A stretch of 64,000 nt of DNA from an uncultured Planctomycetota bacterium. GTDB lineage: Bacteria; Planctomycetota; Phycisphaerae; Tepidisphaerales; Tepidisphaeraceae. Under the pieces are notes generated by a model. That model worked only from the letters and a program-made list of their open reading frames with translations, was not told the DNA's origin and ran no database searches. The stretch lies in contig CAWJEN010000006.1 in NCBI GenBank assembly GCA_963841915.1, positions 1,280,001-1,344,000 on the forward strand, in the 5' to 3' direction. The position numbers and the translations under genes were made by a program. Of this stretch, positions 58,527 through 64,000 are shown piece after piece. How positions within the stretch are numbered: position 1 is the stretch's first letter; the number at the start of each line of letters is the position of its first letter.

Positions 58527-59318
58527 ATGAGTTATCAGCGGGAACTAACGTGGCGGGAAGCGATCCAGCGGGTGCTGCGGGAAGCCGGCGAGCCGATGCA
58601 CTACGCAGACGTCGGCGACGAGATCGCCAAGCAGCAGCTGCGGACCAACCTAGGGGCAACGCCGGCGAGTACGGTGACAGCAGTCGTTACGACGGACGTC
58701 AAAACACACGGCACCGCATCGACGTTCCAGCGATTCGGGCCGGGGATGATCGGCTTGCGGGAGATCGTCGAGCAATCGACGCCGGAGGCAGCGGCGGAAG
58801 CGACCGCCGATGACACGACCACCGCAGAGCGGGCCGGCATCGTCCAGGCCCTCGGCATGTTCTGGCGACGCGACCGCGTCGAGTGGAAGGCGACGCCTTC
58901 GCTGATGGGACAGCAGCAGACCGGCAGCACGCCCGTTAACTTCGCCGACCAACGCGGCGTCTACCTCCTTCACGACGGCCGCGAGACGGTCTACGTCGGC
59001 CGCAGCGTTGATCGGCCCCTCGGCCGGCGGCTCTTCGAGCACACGATCGATCGGCTCAACGGGCGGTGGGACCGTTTCTCCTGGTTCGGCCTGCTCGCCG
59101 TCGACGAGGACGGGAGCCTGCACGAAGTCGCGAACGACTGCTTCGGCGACGCACTGATTATCGAGGCGATGGAGGCAGTCCTGATCGAGTCGCTGGAGCC
59201 GCCGTTGAACCGGCGGCGGGGGGACCGTCTGCAGGAAGTCGGGTCCCTTCAGGCGGCCGATCCCGGGTACGAGCGGCGGCAACGCGAGCAGCTTGTCATG
59301 TCGCTGTTGCAGCGGTAA
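58527..59318 (+). CDS. HARE-type winged HTH fused to GIY-YIG nuclease
   Basis: LTWREAIQRVLREAGEPMHYADV...GATPASTV; GVYLLH...VYVGRS, RRLFEH, EAVLIESLEPPLN. Confidence 0.82.
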   Translation: MSYQRELTWREAIQRVLREAGEPMHYADVGDEIAKQQLRTNLGATPASTVTAVVTTDVKTHGTASTFQRFGPGMIGLREIVEQSTPEAAAEATADDTTTAERAGIVQALGMFWRRDRVEWKATPSLMGQQQTGSTPVNFADQRGVYLLHDGRETVYVGRSVDRPLGRRLFEHTIDRLNGRWDRFSWFGLLAVDEDGSLHEVANDCFGDALIIEAMEAVLIESLEPPLNRRRGDRLQEVGSLQAADPGYERRQREQLVMSLLQR

Positions 59319-59357
59319 CAGCGTGAGGTGAGGCCGCGGAAAAATCTTCACGTCGCC

Positions 59358-59385
59358 TGAAGGCTTGCTGCACGTCAGCCGTTAT
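59358..59385 (+). promoter_or_regulatory. Sigma-28-like promoter candidate
   Basis: TGAA-N16-GCCGTTAT upstream of the 59458 gene. Confidence 0.3.
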
Positions 59386-59457
59386 CTCGGCTGTCGGCGG
59401 TTTCAGCGGCAACGTGGCCGTGCTCCCGACGCATCCGTCTACGAAAAGCAGGAAGGC

Positions 59458-60174
59458 ATCCCTTCGAAAGACGTCGTCCCGACGACCGACCGGGAGCTTC
59501 GCGACTTCGCGGAAAACTTCTACAACGTGTGTGCCGCCAACGCAGCGGCCTTCAATCTCGCCGAGCCCGTCATGACCCAGCTCGACCTGCTTTCCAGCGG
59601 CTACGTCAGCAAGCTCACCGCCGCCGTCGACCCGCAAACCCGCGGCGTCCGCACCGTTTACGAGAAGGACCAAGCCCGCAAGGCGCTCGTCACGCTGATC
59701 CGGAAGGTCGCCAAACAGATCAACGGCCTCATGGATGTAACGAACGACCAGCGACAGGCGCTCGGCTTGAACATCGCCGACACGACCCCGACCCGAATCG
59801 ATCCGCCGACGACGGCCCCCTACGTCCGCGTGACGGGTGTGAAGAACGGCGAGATCTTCTTCGAGCTGCGCCAGAACGGCGACCTGCGGGCCAAGCCGAC
59901 GAACGTCGCCGATGCGCTCGTCTTCACCTACGCCGGCGACGCCAGGCCCACGAGCATCAACCAGTGGAACTACGCGATGACGACGGGCCGCACGAACCTG
60001 TCGATGCCCTTTCCCGAAGGTGCCGGCGGCCAGACGCTTTGGATCACTGCATTCTGGACCAATGCCAAGGGGCAGAGCGGCCCGAGCAGCGAGCCGGTCA
60101 GCGTGAACCTGCCGGCCATCAGCGCCCGGCCGTCGCAGATCGACCAGCAGTCGAATCTGCGGATCGCGGCGTGA
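59458..60174 (+). CDS. Uncharacterised protein, paralogue of 34835-35524 (apparent ATC start)
   Basis: (I/M)PSKDVVPT aligns with MPSRTNYLPT; shared motifs throughout; AGGAAGG just upstream. Confidence 0.8.
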   Translation: MPSKDVVPTTDRELRDFAENFYNVCAANAAAFNLAEPVMTQLDLLSSGYVSKLTAAVDPQTRGVRTVYEKDQARKALVTLIRKVAKQINGLMDVTNDQRQALGLNIADTTPTRIDPPTTAPYVRVTGVKNGEIFFELRQNGDLRAKPTNVADALVFTYAGDARPTSINQWNYAMTTGRTNLSMPFPEGAGGQTLWITAFWTNAKGQSGPSSEPVSVNLPAISARPSQIDQQSNLRIAA

Positions 60175-60197
60175 GTGTTTGACGACCCAAAACAAAG

Positions 60198-60231
60198 AAC
60201 CGCCCCGCGAGCGTTGGCTCGCGGGGCGGTT
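60198..60231. terminator. Intrinsic terminator between convergent genes
   Basis: AACCGCCCCGCGAGC-GTTG-GCTCGCGGGGCGGTT: 15-bp stem, with A-rich left flank giving a U-tract for ahcY. Confidence 0.85.
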
Positions 60232-60255
60232 TGCGTCGGCTTGCCGATCGATCGA

Positions 60256-61798
<1,543 letters not shown>

Positions 61799-61984
61799 GG
61801 TCAGTTGTTCAGGAAGAGAGAAGTCGAAGTACCGCTCTGCCAGCGAAGCCAATCGCGTAGGCCAGAGCGAATGCTGAGAGAATGCAGAGAACGAGCGAGA
61901 AAACCCACAGCAGGATGAACTGCCAAAGCGGAATCCGACGTCGGAGCCGATCGGCAGAGTGCAACGTCTTCGAGCGGTGCAAGG

Positions 61985-62927
61985 TCAAGCAGAGCCTCCG
62001 CTGGCAATGAACAGCGCCGGCCCCTTCGCATCCGCCTCAGGCGGGAGGGGGACGACGCGGAGGTCGACCAACCCGGCCATCAGGTCGCGGACGGCGTCGG
62101 GGGAGAAGCCGCGGTGGCGTTGGCCCATGCGGCGACGGAAGTCGTCGCGGTCGTGGGCGAGCACGTCGACGATCACCGCCCGGCCGCCGGGCTTCAGCAG
62201 GCGACGCATCTCAGCGACGACGGCGGCGGGATCTTCGGTGTAGCTCAGGGCCAAGACGCAGAACGCGGCGTCGCACGTCGCGTCGTCCAGCGGCACGCTC
62301 GACAGCTCGGCCTGCTTGAGCTTGACGTTGTCCAGCGGCCTCAGCCGACGCCGGGCGGCCTTGAGCATCTCGGGCGAGGCGTCGATGCCGACGACTTCGC
62401 CGGCGAAGCGGGCGAGCTTGTTCGGTGAATTGTCCCCCGCCGCAGCCGAGGTCGGCGACGACGCGTTCGCGGGCAACAGGGCCAGGCCGGCCATGGCCTC
62501 AAAGCGATCGGCCGTACTGCTCGTCGCGGATCGCCTGCCAGTCGCCGGCGACGCCCGCGAAGAAGCCGTCGGCAGTGCCGCGGGTGGCGACGAACTGGCG
62601 AAGCCGCAGCCGATCCTGGTCGGCGGTCGCCCACGTGTCGCTCGCACCCCGGGCGGCAAGCCACAGGTCGCGGCGGGCCGGGTCGAGCTCGTCAAGGACG
62701 AGTCGGCTGTAGCCGGCCGTGCCCTCGCGGCGGTGGATGAGCCACCCGCCGTCGAGCAGCGTCTTAAGGTGTCGGCTGACGGTCGACTGCGGCAGTTGCA
62801 GGACGTCGGTCAAGTCAGCGACGGTCAGCTCTTCCGTCTCCAGTATGCGCAGCAATCGAAGCCGAGTCGTGTCGGCCAAGGTCGACAAGTGGTCGACGAC
62901 GGAGTTGGTGTCGGTGATGAGGGGCAC
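61985..62927 (-). CDS. sahR: ArsR-family HTH fused to SAM-binding methyltransferase domain, SahR-like (frameshifted ~62440-62500)
   Basis: LADTTRLRLLRIL..EELTVADLTDVLQLPQSTVSRHLKTL; FFAGVAGDW; GIDASPEML, RLLKPGG; upstream of ahcY. Confidence 0.85.
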
Positions 62928-62944
62928 AGGTGTTGGTTCAACCG

Positions 62945-62966
62945 TTCATCCGGCTGGACGGATGAA
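62945..62966. promoter_or_regulatory. Palindromic operator candidate upstream of sahR-ahcY
   Basis: TTCATCCG-N6-CGGATGAA, 17 bp upstream of the GTG start. Confidence 0.65.
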
Positions 62967-63026
62967 TGTAGTGCATCGACACGTACTCGGCAAGGGCTTC
63001 ACGACAGTTCGAGTGAAAGCACGTTC

Positions 63027-64000
63027 CTAGATCGTGGTGCCAGACGAATCCGCTCCCGCCGGTTCCTGTACGAAGCTCAACAGCACCAACCCACCTAGCA
63101 GGAACGGTAACACGGCGAAGACCGCCAGCCGCGGGCCAAACATCGTGCCGACGCCGGCAAACAGCAAGGGGCCAAAGACGCTCATGGCCTTCGTGCCGAT
63201 CGCGTAGAAGCCGAAGGCTTCGTTCCGGATCTCGGGCGGCGTCAGCTTGCTCATGAGCGTGCGACTCGACGACTGCACCCCGCCGAGCACGAGGCCGATG
63301 AGCGAGCCGAGCATCGTGAACTGCAACGGCGTTTGCACGAAGTAGGTGCCGAACACGCCCACACACCACATGGCCAACGTCACCATGATGACGACTTTGC
63401 ACCCGAACCACTCGGCCACGTAGCCGCACACTGCGGCACCGACGAAGGCGACGACCTGCACGATCAGGAACATGATCGTCAGGTCCTTCACACCCATCAT
63501 CAGCACATCCTCGGCGAACGCGCTCGACAGGCTGATGACCGACTCGACGCCGTTGATGTAGACGAGGAACGCCAGGAGGAACAGGAACAGCATGCGGTAG
63601 CTCCGCAAATGCTTCAGCGTCCGTGAGACCTGAACGAACGGCCCGAACACACCCGGCGGCCTGGTGGCAGCGTCGGCGGCGGGTGGGACGGCGGGCATGG
63701 CCCAGAAGATCGGCAGGCTGAAGATCAACCACCACGCCCCCGCCGCGGCCAGGCCCAGGTGGTAGACGTAAGGGTCGTTGCCCAGAAGTAGCGGCATGAG
63801 CAACGCCGCGATGACGAGCATCACCGCCCCGCCGATGTAGCCGATCGCAAAGCCCCAGCCGCCCAGCTTGTTCTGACCCATAGCCCCGGCGACGACCGGC
63901 AGGTAAGCGTTGTAAAACGCGATTGACAAGCCAAACAAGTAGAAACTAAGGACATACAGCACCGCTGAGGCGACCCACGTGTACGCCCAGCCGGTCGGGA
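63027..64000 (-). CDS. MFS transporter, UMF1/ATG22-like (5' end outside the window)
   Basis: FYNAYLP, GWGFAIGYIGG, LGGVQSSSRTLMSKL.P, EAFGFY, GPLLF. Confidence 0.85.
   Translation of the reverse strand, partial: PTGWAYTWVASAVLYVLSFYLFGLSIAFYNAYLPVVAGAMGQNKLGGWGFAIGYIGGAVMLVIAALLMPLLLGNDPYVYHLGLAAAGAWWLIFSLPIFWAMPAVPPAADAATRPPGVFGPFVQVSRTLKHLRSYRMLFLFLLAFLVYINGVESVISLSSAFAEDVLMMGVKDLTIMFLIVQVVAFVGAAVCGYVAEWFGCKVVIMVTLAMWCVGVFGTYFVQTPLQFTMLGSLIGLVLGGVQSSSRTLMSKLTPPEIRNEAFGFYAIGTKAMSVFGPLLFAGVGTMFGPRLAVFAVLPFLLGGLVLLSFVQEPAGADSSGTTI

Noticed and set aside
58391..59254. DGR template/variable repeat pair
   Set aside because: Differences are not adenine-specific, include an indel, and no reverse transcriptase is present.
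61799..61984. SAH or SAM riboswitch upstream of ahcY
   Set aside because: No convincing match to the conserved riboswitch elements; the protein regulator and palindrome explain control. An Rfam scan would settle it.

Overview
High-GC bacterial window with clear Planctomycetota hallmarks, most like Phycisphaerae (DUF1559/H-X9-DG prepilin-like protein, PEP-CTERM proteins, ECF sigma factor with Ser/Thr kinase). Bases 1-22.9 kb are intact, mostly housekeeping genes: manA, PhoH-PIN, a vanadium haloperoxidase, NhaP, an MCP, rsmG, guaA, an MscK-like channel, tRNA-Arg(TCG) and katG. Bases ~22.9-60.2 kb are an accessory region rich in frameshifts. It holds a type II-like RM pair, an ECF/kinase/lectin module, a desaturase, an RND efflux trio, a giant PEP-CTERM protein and an extended type III RM locus (PLD-like/SNF2 helicase, DUF4391, orphan, Mod, Panacea antitoxin plus membrane protein, Res) with a divergent HTH-GIY-YIG nuclease. 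The window ends with sahR-ahcY and a partial MFS transporter. The most striking pattern occurs twice (24.3-35.6 kb and 47.2-60.2 kb): a ~21-bp-period tandem array, then restriction cargo on the minus strand, then a plus-strand paralogue of one uncharacterised ~230-aa family ending in an ssrA-like tail (LAA/IAA), then a strong terminator. Many frameshifts are probably long-read consensus errors, so boundaries of broken genes are approximate. All family calls come from motif recognition by eye; no database search was run.
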